Part shown: in pieces, positions 48,919 through 59,381 of the stretch
Position numbering within the stretch: the first letter of the stretch is position 1
Layout of the letters: each line of letters starts with the position of its first letter
Notes under the pieces: generated by a model
Told to the model about the DNA's origin: nothing
Databases searched by the model: none
The model's input: the letters and a program-made list of their open reading frames with translations, nothing else
Translations under genes and position numbers: made by a program
From: an uncultured delta proteobacterium
GTDB lineage: Bacteria; Desulfobacterota; Desulfobacteria; Desulfobacterales; B30-G6
Direction of reading: 5' to 3'
NCBI GenBank assembly: GCA_963823335.1
Contig: CAWGLD010000001.1
Span: forward strand, 1,280,001-1,344,000
Length of the DNA stretch: 64,000 nucleotides

Positions 48919-50628
48919 ATGCTTCAAGAACTCTCCATTCGCCAATTTGCCATCATCGACGATATCCGCATCACCTTTGAGGACGGCCTGACCATCCTGA
49001 GCGGTGAGACCGGTGCCGGCAAATCCATCATTATCAATGCGGTAAATCTCCTCCTGGGCAGCAGGGCATCCGAGAAAATGATCCGGACCGGGGCCGAAAG
49101 CGCAGAAGTCCAAGCGCTGTTCCGGATGGATCCTGAAAGCCCTGTGGCGCAGTCCATGGAAGGCCACGGGTTTTCAGTATCGGATGGTTTGCTGATACGG
49201 CGCATTGTTTCCAGGAATGACCGTCATCGGGTATATATCAACGACCGTCTTTCGACCATGCAGGTGCTGAAGACCTTGACACAGCACATGGCTAGTATTT
49301 CAGGTCAGCATGCCCATCAGGGTTTGCTCAAAGAAGATCAGCAGCTTCTGATACTGGATCAGATTGGCGGGCTTCTGCCCCTCCGAAACGAGGTTCATGA
49401 AGCATTCAACCGTTTGTTGCCATCTATCCAGGAGTATCACAAACTGATTCAATCAAAGGACCGGCAGCAAGACCAACTGGAATTGTTGCGGTTCCAGTGG
49501 CAGGAGATCCAGACGGCGCGTATTACCCCAGACGAGGATGTGGAACTGGAGCAGGAGATAGCGCGGCTGAAAAATGCCGAGGTGCTCCTGGAGGTCATTC
49601 ACAGCAGTATCGATTCACTCTACAGCGCTTCGGGTGCGGTGGTGGAACGCATCATGGAAGTGGGAAAACGGTTGGCGCATGCCTCCCGGATCGATGCGGC
49701 CCTGGAACCGCCATCCGAAGCGTTATCGGAAAGTGCCTACAAGATCGAAGACGTGGTGGCATCTCTCAGGGCCTATATGGGACGGATTCAGGTGGACCAG
49801 GGCCGTCTGGAAACGGCTGAGGAGCGCATGGACCTACTCGTCAAGCTGAAGCGCAAATACGGCAAGACCCTTGAGGACATTATCGAAAAAAAGGCCGCCA
49901 TAGAACTGGCCTTGGCCGAGGTTGAAAACCTCTCCGAAAAAATATCGGTCAGTCACAAGACCCTTGTATCTCTGCAGACGCAAACATGCGCTCTTTGTGA
50001 GCAGTTGTCAAAAAAGCGCTGGGCGGCGGCCCAGCAGCTGTCGCGTGCCGCAGAGGCGGAGCTTGCCACCTTGAAGATGAATCAGACCCGTTTTCAGGTT
50101 GCCCTGGTACCTGTCGTTTCAAATCCGGAGGCCGAGCCATTCCTGCTTTGCGGTGACAGGCTCATGACGGAAACCGGTTTTGAAACAGCCCGATTTTTGA
50201 TTGCACCCAATGTCGGAGAAGACCTGAAACCCATGTCCGATATTGCGTCCGGGGGCGAGCTTTCCAGGATCGTATTGGCTTTAAAGGCAATTCTTGCCCA
50301 GACCGATGCCGTGGAAACCATTATCTTTGACGAGGTGGATGCGGGTATTGGCGGGACTGTCGCAGAAGTGGTGGGTAACAAACTTGCCAAACTCTCCCGG
50401 TTTCACCAGGTGATCTGTATCACGCATCTGCCTCAAATCGCCCGATTTGGTGCGCATCAGTTCAAAATTGCCAAACAGATCGTGGGGCAAAGAACGGCGA
50501 CCACCATCCATAGACTGACCCATGATGAACGCATCGATGAAATCGCTAGAATGATGGCTGGTGAAAATGTGACCGCAAAAACCCTGGCCCATGCTTCTGA
50601 GATGATGGCAGGGGTTGCTAACACCTAA
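48919..50628 (+). CDS. recN: DNA repair protein RecN
   Basis: GETGAGKS, GQH, ASGGELSR, FDEVDAGIGG, ITHLPQIA. Confidence 0.96.
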   Translation: MLQELSIRQFAIIDDIRITFEDGLTILSGETGAGKSIIINAVNLLLGSRASEKMIRTGAESAEVQALFRMDPESPVAQSMEGHGFSVSDGLLIRRIVSRNDRHRVYINDRLSTMQVLKTLTQHMASISGQHAHQGLLKEDQQLLILDQIGGLLPLRNEVHEAFNRLLPSIQEYHKLIQSKDRQQDQLELLRFQWQEIQTARITPDEDVELEQEIARLKNAEVLLEVIHSSIDSLYSASGAVVERIMEVGKRLAHASRIDAALEPPSEALSESAYKIEDVVASLRAYMGRIQVDQGRLETAEERMDLLVKLKRKYGKTLEDIIEKKAAIELALAEVENLSEKISVSHKTLVSLQTQTCALCEQLSKKRWAAAQQLSRAAEAELATLKMNQTRFQVALVPVVSNPEAEPFLLCGDRLMTETGFETARFLIAPNVGEDLKPMSDIASGGELSRIVLALKAILAQTDAVETIIFDEVDAGIGGTVAEVVGNKLAKLSRFHQVICITHLPQIARFGAHQFKIAKQIVGQRTATTIHRLTHDERIDEIARMMAGENVTAKTLAHASEMMAGVANT

Positions 50629-50758
50629 TTTTTATCCGCAATAAACCAGGTGTTTGTCCGGATTGACCCTTTCCTAAATTCACTTATAATCTTTTTTAGC
50701 ATCAAAATCGACACTGTCGTGTTTGATGAAATTGCAAAACGATTTTATAGGTGAAGTC

Positions 50759-52936
50759 ATGAACCTCTACGGCATACCCCCCCTGTTGACCCTTGTCTGT
50801 TTTGCCTTTCTGGCCATCGTTGTTCTGGTTCGCAAGAAAATGACCAACGTCAACACCCTTTTTTTTCTGTTGTGCGTAACCGGCGTCTTTCTGCATGCTG
50901 ACATCCTGATTCTGTTTAGCGTTGAAAGTCGTGAGGTTGCCCTTTGGTCCAGCCGTATCGATCATATCTTTGCTGTATATGCCATCCCGCTCTATATTCA
51001 TTTTTTTCATGCATACCTGAATATCCATCGTCGGAAGTGGTTGATCTATACGACCTATGCCGGGGCATTTGTGCTCATGTGGTTTGCATTGACCCCCCTG
51101 TGTATCGAAAAGATGAATCTATATGAATTCGGATATTTCGGAAGTGGCGGCAAACTATACCCTGTCATCGGTGTAGGTGCGGCCGTTGCTTCGCTTTACA
51201 GCCTTGCAATCATCTGCCTGGCCATACACAGGGAGCAGAACAGTGTTCAGAAGAACAAGCTGAAGTATATCCTGACCGGGTTTGGCGCCATGGGGTTTCT
51301 GAATGGGTTGAATGTGCTGCCGTTGCTGGGATATCCTTTCTATCCTCCGGGTACCTTCAGCTTTATTCCTTTGATCATTTTTGCTGTAGGTTTGTTCAGA
51401 TACGATTTGCTGGATATGGGTATCATCATTCAAAAAAGCCTCTTGTATTCCATTCTGACCCTTTTTCTGACCTGTCTCTATGCGACGGTGGTAACTTTTT
51501 CAAATCAATTATTTCAGAAAAATGTTTTTGCGGACACGCTTTATTTCCAGGTGATCTTTTTCCTGGTGGTGGTAATTGTTTTTGGTCCGCTTCAGGCGCG
51601 GGTACAGAAGATTATCGTGCCCTATTTTCAACGGGAAACGGCAGCGCTTAAAGATGCCATGCGTCATGTCAGCCCAAAGTTGTCCGCTGCTTTGGATGAG
51701 AGTACCATTGTCCAGATTCTGTTGGCGGCATTGATGGATAGTCTCAAGGTATGTCACTGCACGATCTATCTGGAGGATATATCTCAGGAAGGTTTCAGGC
51801 GGTTTGCGTCAAAAAGCCTTGTTCGTCAGACATTTCCCCAGGCATATGTGCCAAGCACTGATTCTCTGATGAGTGTGTTGAAGCATCAGGTTGGACCTGT
51901 GAACCGAAATCAGGTGATGCAGAGGACCAACGAGCAGGATCATGGACAATGTCTCTATGATATGGACAAGTTATGGGCGGAAATTGTTTTTCCCATGAAA
52001 AGCAAAGATCACCTTATGGGCTTTATCGTGCTGGGTGAAAAAGAATCGAGAAATCTTTTTGGTGGAGAAGAAAGCGGTTTGGTGATGATGCTGGCCATGC
52101 AGGCTTCCCTGGCCATTGAAAACGCCCGGGCATACAAGCATGTGGACAGGTTGAACAAAAATCTCGAGGCAAAGGTTCATGAAAGAACCATCGCGCTGGA
52201 AAATGCGCTGTCAGAGGTAAAAAAATCCCAGGAGCTTCTGATCCGCTCTGAAAGTCTGGCTGCCATTGGTCAGCTGGTGGCTGGCGTTGCCCATGAACTC
52301 AACAATCCCATTTCAGCGGCCATGAGCCTGATACAATCGACCCAGGCCGATTTTGAAGTCTACAACATTCCTGACAAGGACACCGTCAGGAAGGATATCG
52401 CCTTCAGCCTGAAAGCGCTCGGCCGGGCAAAGGAAATCGTCTCGAGTCTTTTATGTTTATCCCGCCAGACCGATTCTTATTCCGAATTCGTCGATGTCAA
52501 CGAGGTCGCCCAGGACGCATTGCGTGTTTTGGATGGCCAGATCAGACGAAGCCATATTCAAATCGAGAAAAATTTTCAATGTCCTATTCCTTCCATTAAG
52601 GGTAATTTTGCCCATTTAGGACAGGTTGCCATCAATATCATTCAGAATGCCTACCAATCCATGCGGGGCCGGCAAGGCAGTGTCGTGTTGACCACACGGC
52701 ATCAAACAGATAAGAATCAGATTGTTTTTTCCTGTCGGGATCATGGCCCCGGTATCAATCCTTCCATTCAAAAAGACATTTTCAAACCTTTCTTTACCAC
52801 CAAGCCGGTGGGGCAGGGAACTGGCCTGGGGCTCTATCTCAGCCATGAAATCGTTCGAAAGCATCAAGGCAGAATTGTGCAGGAAAATCCCACCCAGGGC
52901 GGCGCCCTGTTCGAGGTATATCTCCCGGTAAGCTAA
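50759..52936 (+). CDS. Membrane sensor histidine kinase (multi-TM, GAF, HisKA, HATPase); no adjacent response regulator
   Basis: GVAHELNNP, NIIQNA, DHGPGI, PFFTTK..GQGTGLGL; TTGACC-N16-TATAAT upstream at 50663-50690. Confidence 0.9.
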   Translation: MNLYGIPPLLTLVCFAFLAIVVLVRKKMTNVNTLFFLLCVTGVFLHADILILFSVESREVALWSSRIDHIFAVYAIPLYIHFFHAYLNIHRRKWLIYTTYAGAFVLMWFALTPLCIEKMNLYEFGYFGSGGKLYPVIGVGAAVASLYSLAIICLAIHREQNSVQKNKLKYILTGFGAMGFLNGLNVLPLLGYPFYPPGTFSFIPLIIFAVGLFRYDLLDMGIIIQKSLLYSILTLFLTCLYATVVTFSNQLFQKNVFADTLYFQVIFFLVVVIVFGPLQARVQKIIVPYFQRETAALKDAMRHVSPKLSAALDESTIVQILLAALMDSLKVCHCTIYLEDISQEGFRRFASKSLVRQTFPQAYVPSTDSLMSVLKHQVGPVNRNQVMQRTNEQDHGQCLYDMDKLWAEIVFPMKSKDHLMGFIVLGEKESRNLFGGEESGLVMMLAMQASLAIENARAYKHVDRLNKNLEAKVHERTIALENALSEVKKSQELLIRSESLAAIGQLVAGVAHELNNPISAAMSLIQSTQADFEVYNIPDKDTVRKDIAFSLKALGRAKEIVSSLLCLSRQTDSYSEFVDVNEVAQDALRVLDGQIRRSHIQIEKNFQCPIPSIKGNFAHLGQVAINIIQNAYQSMRGRQGSVVLTTRHQTDKNQIVFSCRDHGPGINPSIQKDIFKPFFTTKPVGQGTGLGLYLSHEIVRKHQGRIVQENPTQGGALFEVYLPVS

Positions 52937-52966
52937 CCCAACCTTAGGGCTAAGTTGACTCATCCC

Positions 52967-53002
52967 TTGACAAACTTTGTTCGATAGTATTAAAAATACT
53001 AT
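52967..53002 (+). promoter_or_regulatory. Promoter -35 with a 19-bp palindromic operator
   Basis: TTGACA at 52967; atagtatt-aaa-aatactat over the -10 region. Confidence 0.55.
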
Positions 53003-53126
53003 TTGTGCTATGGTGATACCTGTGATGACTGACCGCCGGGCGACGCATGTTATCCGGCAGCGAAGATTTCCAGTAGTCGGTTTTCAGAGATGAGAGTTTG
53101 AATCCATTTAGGTTATGGGGTTTACG

Positions 53127-53372
53127 ATGCCAATATACGAATTTAAATGCCTGAAGTGTGAAGCGTTCTTCGAAATTCTTGTCATGAATAAACGTGAGTC
53201 AGTTGAGATGGTCTGTCCGGAATGCAATGCTGAAGATGTCGAGCGGGTTATCAGCAGCACCCATCATACCATCAACGCGGCATCCGGAACCAAGCAGGGT
53301 GCCGCGAGCCAGACACGAAACTGTTCCAGCGGGTCATGTACGACCTACACGATTCCAGGTCCAAACGGCTGA
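53127..53372 (+). CDS. FmdB-family zinc-ribbon protein
   Basis: MPIYEFKCLKC...CPEC. Confidence 0.88.
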   Translation: MPIYEFKCLKCEAFFEILVMNKRESVEMVCPECNAEDVERVISSTHHTINAASGTKQGAASQTRNCSSGSCTTYTIPGPNG

Positions 53373-53407
53373 TACTTACACGCAAATTCCATCGTCAAGG
53401 TCATGTA

Positions 53408-54103
53408 ATGCATTCTATCCATCTTCAGGAAAAAGAACAGTTCAAGAAACTCTTTGAGCAGGAAGGTATCGACTACCTGGAAGACCGTATGAAGGTTCTG
53501 GAAGCTTTTTTTCAGACAGAACAGCACCTTTCAGAAGCTGAACTGTCCGAAATTATAAAAGATAAAAACCTGAGCCTGACACCTGCCTTTATTTCGGATA
53601 CCCTGGATCTCTTGTGCCGGTATGGATTTGCTCACCGGCACCGGTTTAATAACGGTGTCATTCAATATGAGCACCGGCATATCGGCCAGCATCATGACCA
53701 TATGATCTGCACCAAGTGTAACCAGATCATCGAGTTTAAAAATAATCAGCTTGAAGATCTTCAATTGCAGGTTGCGGCAACGCATGGGTTTCATATGCTG
53801 CAGCATAAAATGGAAATTTACGGCATCTGTACGCATTGTCTCAAGCGACGATTGTCTTTGATGCCGTTGATGGCGGCAAAACAGGGTGAGGTATTGATTG
53901 TCAGGCGTTTTAAAGGGGGCACCAGATCCCAGATGCGTCTGATGAGCATGGGCTTGCGGGTGGGGGACCGAATCGATGTGATTTCAAACCTGAACCAGGG
54001 GCAGCTAGTTATCGCTCTGGACTATAAACGGCTGGTTCTAGGACGCGGACTGGCGGAAAAAATAATGGTTCAGCCATTGGACCCGGAAGCGGGTGCGGCA
54101 TGA
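53408..54103 (+). CDS. Fur-family regulator fused to a FeoA domain
   Basis: HHDHMICTKC, YGICTHC; C-terminal RLMSMGLRVGD...LGRGLAEKIMV. Confidence 0.88.
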   Translation: MHSIHLQEKEQFKKLFEQEGIDYLEDRMKVLEAFFQTEQHLSEAELSEIIKDKNLSLTPAFISDTLDLLCRYGFAHRHRFNNGVIQYEHRHIGQHHDHMICTKCNQIIEFKNNQLEDLQLQVAATHGFHMLQHKMEIYGICTHCLKRRLSLMPLMAAKQGEVLIVRRFKGGTRSQMRLMSMGLRVGDRIDVISNLNQGQLVIALDYKRLVLGRGLAEKIMVQPLDPEAGAA

Positions 54104-54531
54104 AATTCGTTTCAGTGTTGACCTTTGTGGTAATTATGTCGACCAGCAGTATTGCCATGGCGGAACGACTCTCGGTGTCATCAAAAATCGCCAATATTCG
54201 ATCCGGTCCTGGAACCGGCTATGAAATCCTTTGGAAGGTCGAAAACTACCATCCGATAGTGGTGATCAAAAAGTCGGGTTTGTGGGTCAACTTTCGCGAT
54301 TTTGAAGGTGATGAGGGCTGGATACACACTTCCCTGACCGATAAAAAACCCACTGTGATCACTATCAAAGACACGTGCAATGTCCGAACCGGACCCGGTA
54401 CGAACCACGATGTTATTTTTACGGTGGAAAAAGGAATTCCATTCCTGATTATGGATCGGCAGAAAGACTGGATTCAAATCAAACATTCGGACGGAGACAG
54501 GGGCTGGATACACAAGTCCCTGATCTGGTAA
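54100..54531 (+). CDS. Secreted tandem bacterial SH3-domain protein
   Basis: Two NxRxGPGT...GWIH repeats, signal peptide. Confidence 0.88.
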   Translation: MKFVSVLTFVVIMSTSSIAMAERLSVSSKIANIRSGPGTGYEILWKVENYHPIVVIKKSGLWVNFRDFEGDEGWIHTSLTDKKPTVITIKDTCNVRTGPGTNHDVIFTVEKGIPFLIMDRQKDWIQIKHSDGDRGWIHKSLIW

Positions 54532-54535
54532 CACC

Positions 54536-55537
54536 ATGCCGGCACCTGTACGTTTAAATAAAGCAAGGGATGTCATTGTCGGTATCGGCAACGCCCTTGT
54601 GGATATCCTTTCCCATGCAGACGATGTCTTTGTCGAGAAGACAGGTTTCGGGAAAGGCGGGATGAACTATGTTGACACAGACTTTATCGACAAGATGATT
54701 GCCATGGTGCCGGGCACGCCCGTTGTCGTTCCAGGTGGTTCGGCGTGCAACACCATCATCGGTGTGGGAAAACTCGGCGGTAAAGCCCGCTTCATAGGAA
54801 AATGTGGTCAAGACACCCTGGGAGATCTATTTAGCAAAGAGCTTCAAAACAGTCATGTGGATCCTTTTCTGATGACGAGTGCATTGTCCACCGGGAGGGT
54901 TTTTTCGATTGTGACACCCGATGCACAGCGTTCCATGTTTACATATCTTGGCGCGGCGTCTGAGTTGAGACCGGGCGAAATCGCCGGGTGTAGTTTTCTG
55001 GATGCAGCAGTGGTTCATATTGAAGGATACCTTCTCTTCAACAATGACTTGATTATGAAGGCTTTGAGTCGGGCAAAAGAGGATGGCGCCCTGATTTCCC
55101 TGGACCTGGCTAGCTATACGGTTGTTGAATCGTCTAAGATGCTATTGGAAACAATTGTTACCGAGTATGTTGACATTCTCATCGCCAATGAAGATGAGGC
55201 TGCTGTTTTCACTGGGCATTTTGATGAACGAAAGGCGATTGAAGCTCTCTCTGAAAGAGCCAGGATAGCGGTGTTGAAAGTCGGAGAGCGTGGGAGCTAT
55301 GTCGCGCAGGATGGCGAAATCGTAAAAATAGATCCCTTGGGAAAAGGTCCTGTCATCGATACCACCGGCGCAGGTGATTTATGGGCGTCCGGGTTTTTAT
55401 TTGGACTCACCCGGGGTTATTCTGTCGAAACGTGTGGCAGAATTGCCTCCGCTTGTGGCAGCGAGGTGTGTCAGGTTGTCGGTGCGACCATTCCCGATGA
55501 GGGCTGGGCACGCATAAAAAGGATATGGGAGGATTAA
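54536..55537 (+). CDS. PfkB-family kinase (adenosine kinase-like)
   Basis: GNALVD, GGSACNT, ANEDEA, DTTGAGD. Confidence 0.9.
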   Translation: MPAPVRLNKARDVIVGIGNALVDILSHADDVFVEKTGFGKGGMNYVDTDFIDKMIAMVPGTPVVVPGGSACNTIIGVGKLGGKARFIGKCGQDTLGDLFSKELQNSHVDPFLMTSALSTGRVFSIVTPDAQRSMFTYLGAASELRPGEIAGCSFLDAAVVHIEGYLLFNNDLIMKALSRAKEDGALISLDLASYTVVESSKMLLETIVTEYVDILIANEDEAAVFTGHFDERKAIEALSERARIAVLKVGERGSYVAQDGEIVKIDPLGKGPVIDTTGAGDLWASGFLFGLTRGYSVETCGRIASACGSEVCQVVGATIPDEGWARIKRIWED

Positions 55538-56226
55538 TGGCAAAACAGAAACGGGTTACACGAAAACAGCTGCTCAAGGAGCCGGATGAATTTATCACCA
55601 CTACCGGCAGGGTAATTGGATGGGGGAGGAAATATACAAGGCAATTGGCATATGCCGCAGGCGCCTTTTTGCTCCTCTTGGTGATCATTGCCGGGTATCG
55701 GTTTTTTTCAAGCAGTGCTGAAAACAAGGCTTTTTTGTTGCTTGATCAGGCCGTAGGCAAATATGAAGCCCAAAAAACGGACATGGATGCCCTTGTCGCC
55801 TATGAAGGTGCCAGGGAAGATTTTGAATATATCATCAATAAATATGACAATACAGAAGCGGGGAAGCTGGCGACAGTGGTGTTCGCCGGGATGAGCTATG
55901 ATGTGGGTGAGGCAGAAAAGGCGATTCAACTATACCAAGCCGCGTTGCCTTATTTTAAAGGCGATACGACCTATCAAAATTTTTTATGGAGTGGTCTTGG
56001 GTATTGTTATGAAAAAAAGAAGGATGTCCGTATGGCGATATCCTGGTTTGAGAAAATTGCCGATGGACAAGATCCGGTTGCCAAGGACGTGGCGCTGTTC
56101 AATATGGGCCGGCTCTATCACGAACTGGGAGATACGGCTAAAAGCAAACAGGCCTATGAAAGACTGGTGGCAGAACACACGGATTCCATCTACTATCAGT
56201 TGGCCATGGAAAAGATCGCCGGATGA
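55537..56226 (+). CDS. YfgM-like membrane-anchored TPR protein
   Basis: RKQLLKEPDEF N-terminus, single TM, TPR helices. Confidence 0.8.
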   Translation: MAKQKRVTRKQLLKEPDEFITTTGRVIGWGRKYTRQLAYAAGAFLLLLVIIAGYRFFSSSAENKAFLLLDQAVGKYEAQKTDMDALVAYEGAREDFEYIINKYDNTEAGKLATVVFAGMSYDVGEAEKAIQLYQAALPYFKGDTTYQNFLWSGLGYCYEKKKDVRMAISWFEKIADGQDPVAKDVALFNMGRLYHELGDTAKSKQAYERLVAEHTDSIYYQLAMEKIAG

Positions 56227-56303
56227 AATAGAAATGGCTAATCCTTTTATTCGGATTAGCCATTAAGGAGGAGAATAGATGAAAAATTTATTGGCAAACT
56301 GCC
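56227..56303 (-). ncRNA. Predicted sigma54-dependent small RNA (~77 nt)
   Basis: -24/-12 promoter upstream; 5' GGCA/UGCC hairpin; single-stranded UUUUUCAUCUAUUCUCCUCCUU; 12-bp hairpin followed by UCUAUUU. Confidence 0.65.
56233..56264 (-). terminator. Intrinsic terminator hairpin (U-rich tail on the minus strand)
   Basis: aatggctaatcc-N8-ggattagccatt; the plus-strand tail is aaggagg, not T-rich. Confidence 0.7.
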
Positions 56304-56312
56304 AATTTGATA

Positions 56313-56330
56313 ATGCAATTTTGCTGCCAA
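56313..56330 (-). promoter_or_regulatory. Sigma54 -24/-12 promoter
   Basis: Minus strand TTGGCAGCAAAATTGCAT: GG-N10-GC with TTGCA. Confidence 0.8.
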
Positions 56331-56377
56331 GATGAAGTTTTTTTTCATAAAGGACGCAATTAATTATTTCTCTTAAT

Positions 56378-56390
56378 TTTCAATATATTA
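56378..56390 (+). promoter_or_regulatory. IHF-like binding site
   Basis: tttcaatatatta versus WATCAANNNNTTR (1 mismatch), with an AT tract upstream. Confidence 0.55.
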
Positions 56391-56443
56391 TCGAGCCAGT
56401 CTCCTCCATCATATATTGTCGTCTATCACCATAACCCCTGTCT

Positions 56444-56481
56444 ATTTCCAAATGGAAACTCGCTCGTTTCCATTTGGAAAC
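56444..56481. promoter_or_regulatory. Tandem palindromic enhancer-like sites
   Basis: TTTCCA-aa-TGGAAAC and GTTTCCA-tt-TGGAAAC, 22 bp apart; together they form a perfect 15-bp inverted repeat. Confidence 0.65.
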
Positions 56482-56494
56482 AATGCTGCTTCTA

Positions 56495-57868
56495 TTAATC
56501 ACTGACGATTCCATACTTCTTCAGTTTTTTGTTGAATCCGCTTCTCCCGATACCTAGCAGTTGAGCGGCTTCGGATTGGACATGGTTGCAGCTTGTCAAT
56601 GCCCGTAAAAGCATTTTCTTTTCAATATCTGCAAGTGTTTCGAACAATCTTGCATCCATGGGAATGTTCTCCAGCTGAAGCTCTCTTGTGAGGTCGCTTT
56701 TGAAATATCTGGGTAAGTCGGAAACCCGGATAATGTCATCCGGGCATAAAACCATGGCGCGCTCAATTGTATTTTCAAGTTCTCTGATGTTGCCGGGCCA
56801 GTCATGCCGATAGAAAATCTGTTCCACTTCCCTTTCGATACCCTTGACAGGAACACCCATTCTTCTTTCGGCCGCATACTTGTCGATGAAATGGTCCACC
56901 AGGAGTCTCAGGTCTTCCACGCGCTGGCGCAATGGGGGTAGATCGATGTATACAACATTCAATCGATAAAAGAGATCTTCTCTGAAGCGCCCTTTCTTAA
57001 CCTCTTCCCTCAAGCGCTTGTTTGTGGCCGTAATCAACCGGAAATTAACTGCAACTTGTCGCAGTCCCCCGACTCTTTCAAAGATTTTGTCCTGCAGAAC
57101 CCGCAGCAGTTTTACCTGAAGAGATGGCGACAATTCACCTATTTCGTCTAGGAAGAGCGTTCCGCCTTCGGCCAACTCGAAGCGCCCCTTTTTTGTTGCG
57201 ACAGCACCGGTGAAGGCACCTTTTTCATGCCCGAAAAGCTCACTTTCGAGAAGGCTCTCCGCAAGAGCCGAGCAGTTGACCGCTATAAAAGGATGATTGT
57301 GGCGGGGGCTGTTGTAGTGAATCGACTTGGCAACCAGGTCTTTTCCAGTGCCACTTTCCCCTTCGATCAGGATAGAAGCAGTGACCGGGGCAATTTTTTT
57401 GATGAGGTCAAAAATATTCTGCATTTTTGGGCTCTTACCGATAATATTCCCAAAGCTGTACTGGGATTCGACGGTTTCACGCAAACGGCGGTTTTCTTTA
57501 ATGACCCGATACATCTGAATGGCTTTGTTGACATATATGACCAGACGTTCGTTATCAAACGGTTTCAAAATATAATTGTAGGCACCTTTTTGCATCGCTT
57601 CTACAGCTTTTTCAACCGTTCCATGTGCTGTCATCATGATGACCGGGATACCCGGGTCTTTTTCCTTGATCCGTTCCAGGAGCTCGATACCATCCATGGA
57701 CGGCATTTTCATATCGGTTAGTACCAGGTCAACATCTGAATTTTTCAAGACAGATAACGCCTCTTCGCCGCTATAGGCCGTCAGCGTTTCAAACCCTTCC
57801 TCTTCAAGAACCGCACTGAGTATTGGCGGATAGTTTTTTTCATCATCAACGATGAGTATCGTTTCCAT
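56495..57868 (-). CDS. Sigma54-dependent response regulator (NtrC/AtoC/PilR family)
   Basis: Receiver [34 protein letters not shown], Fis-type HTH. Confidence 0.95.
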   Translation of the reverse strand: METILIVDDEKNYPPILSAVLEEEGFETLTAYSGEEALSVLKNSDVDLVLTDMKMPSMDGIELLERIKEKDPGIPVIMMTAHGTVEKAVEAMQKGAYNYILKPFDNERLVIYVNKAIQMYRVIKENRRLRETVESQYSFGNIIGKSPKMQNIFDLIKKIAPVTASILIEGESGTGKDLVAKSIHYNSPRHNHPFIAVNCSALAESLLESELFGHEKGAFTGAVATKKGRFELAEGGTLFLDEIGELSPSLQVKLLRVLQDKIFERVGGLRQVAVNFRLITATNKRLREEVKKGRFREDLFYRLNVVYIDLPPLRQRVEDLRLLVDHFIDKYAAERRMGVPVKGIEREVEQIFYRHDWPGNIRELENTIERAMVLCPDDIIRVSDLPRYFKSDLTRELQLENIPMDARLFETLADIEKKMLLRALTSCNHVQSEAAQLLGIGRSGFNKKLKKYGIVSD

Positions 57869-57908
57869 ATATTTATCCCCTAATTTGAAACGCTCAACTT
57901 AGGTATTC

Positions 57909-59318
57909 TTATCTTGCCGGCAGTTCCACTGTTACAGCGACACCCTTGTCGGAACGGTTTTCTATATGAACAACACCATTGTGGGCCTCAATGATATTCT
58001 TAACAATCCCCAGACCAAGACCGGTGCCTTTTTCCTTGGTGGTAAAAAACGGGTCCCATATTTTTGCGTTGATTTCTTCAGGGATGCCTCGCCCTTCATC
58101 AAGAAATTGAATTTTTACCAGGTCTGCCTCTGCAATGATGCTGATCTGGATGTTGCCTCCATCCGGCATTGCCTGCATGGCATTTATCAATATGTTCAAA
58201 AAAGCCTGGTAGAGCATATCTTTATCGGCCATGATCTCGGGAAGATCAGGCGCATACAGTGTATCGAATGTATATCCCTTATTTTTGGCTTCGGTTGCAA
58301 TAAATTTGAGGTTTTTTTCCAGAACCGCTTCTATCCGGCAGACGATGAAATCTGGTTGCCGGGGCCGGGCAAAATTCAGAAAGTCTGTTATGATATTGTT
58401 CAGGCGCCCACCTTCCTCGATAATGATATCGGGAATCGTGCTGGATGCATCGTATGATGCCATTTTCTTTTTCAGGAGTTCCGCCGAGCTTCTGATAATA
58501 CCCAGCGGGTTACGTATTTCATGTGAAACGCTCGCAACCATTTCGCCGATGGAGGACAAATGTTCGGCACGGTTGAGTTGCTCTTTGAGCCTGAGCTGCT
58601 CTTTTGCCCGCTGCTCGATGATGGATTCTCCTCTTTTTACAACAAAGAGGAGAATCAGAAAAAGCAGGATCATGACGGCCATGATGGTGATGACAACCAG
58701 AATCTGGAAATTGAAAATGGTCCGGTAACTATCGGTGATATCCTGTGTAATTTCAATTACACCAATGATCGGCCCGGTAATGGAGGCCAGGGATTTTTCC
58801 GCACGAAGGGGGGCAAATGTGGTCACCTTGATTGTTTTTGGGATTCCAAGCGTAATTTCCCAGAAGCCGCCGTTCTGTTCGATTTCCGATGTCGAAACAC
58901 CCATGAGAGCCGTCTGATAGGAATGACCGCCGATATCCTTGATCCCCATGAGTTCCTGGTCAAAACTATAGGCAATGATGTCGTTCAGGTCATACAGGTT
59001 GACCATTTCGATGCTATAGCCGTGAAGGGTTCCCCTTATGAGGGTGTCCATGCGTTCGTACTGGCTTTTATTCCTGAGTTGAATTTTACCGTATCGCAGG
59101 GACATGGGGATGATGAACTGCCTGAAAATCTGGTGATTCAGATTGGACACCAATAGTTGCGCGTACTCATCATTCTTTTTTAGCTGCAATTTACGTGCCC
59201 AATGGGTGTTCAGGTAGGAGAGCACGATGGCGCCGATAAATATGAAGATAAAACTGGTAATGGAAAAGTATTTGTAGAGTTTGAAGGATTTTGTTTTGTT
59301 TTGTGGTTTGGCTGTCAT
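57909..59318 (-). CDS. Sensor histidine kinase (2 TM), probable partner of the sigma54 regulator
   Basis: [33 protein letters not shown]. Confidence 0.93.
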   Translation of the reverse strand: MTAKPQNKTKSFKLYKYFSITSFIFIFIGAIVLSYLNTHWARKLQLKKNDEYAQLLVSNLNHQIFRQFIIPMSLRYGKIQLRNKSQYERMDTLIRGTLHGYSIEMVNLYDLNDIIAYSFDQELMGIKDIGGHSYQTALMGVSTSEIEQNGGFWEITLGIPKTIKVTTFAPLRAEKSLASITGPIIGVIEITQDITDSYRTIFNFQILVVITIMAVMILLFLILLFVVKRGESIIEQRAKEQLRLKEQLNRAEHLSSIGEMVASVSHEIRNPLGIIRSSAELLKKKMASYDASSTIPDIIIEEGGRLNNIITDFLNFARPRQPDFIVCRIEAVLEKNLKFIATEAKNKGYTFDTLYAPDLPEIMADKDMLYQAFLNILINAMQAMPDGGNIQISIIAEADLVKIQFLDEGRGIPEEINAKIWDPFFTTKEKGTGLGLGIVKNIIEAHNGVVHIENRSDKGVAVTVELPAR

Positions 59319-59381
59319 ACGCTCGTCTTGAAATATTAAATCCCTGCTGCGATTACCGTGAAAAAGCTTGAGTCGAATTTA

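Noticed and set aside
58515-58530. parS-like TATTTCATGTGAAACG
   Set aside because: Several mismatches to the consensus, and explained by the kinase H-box codons (VSHEI); no convincing parS seen near parAB
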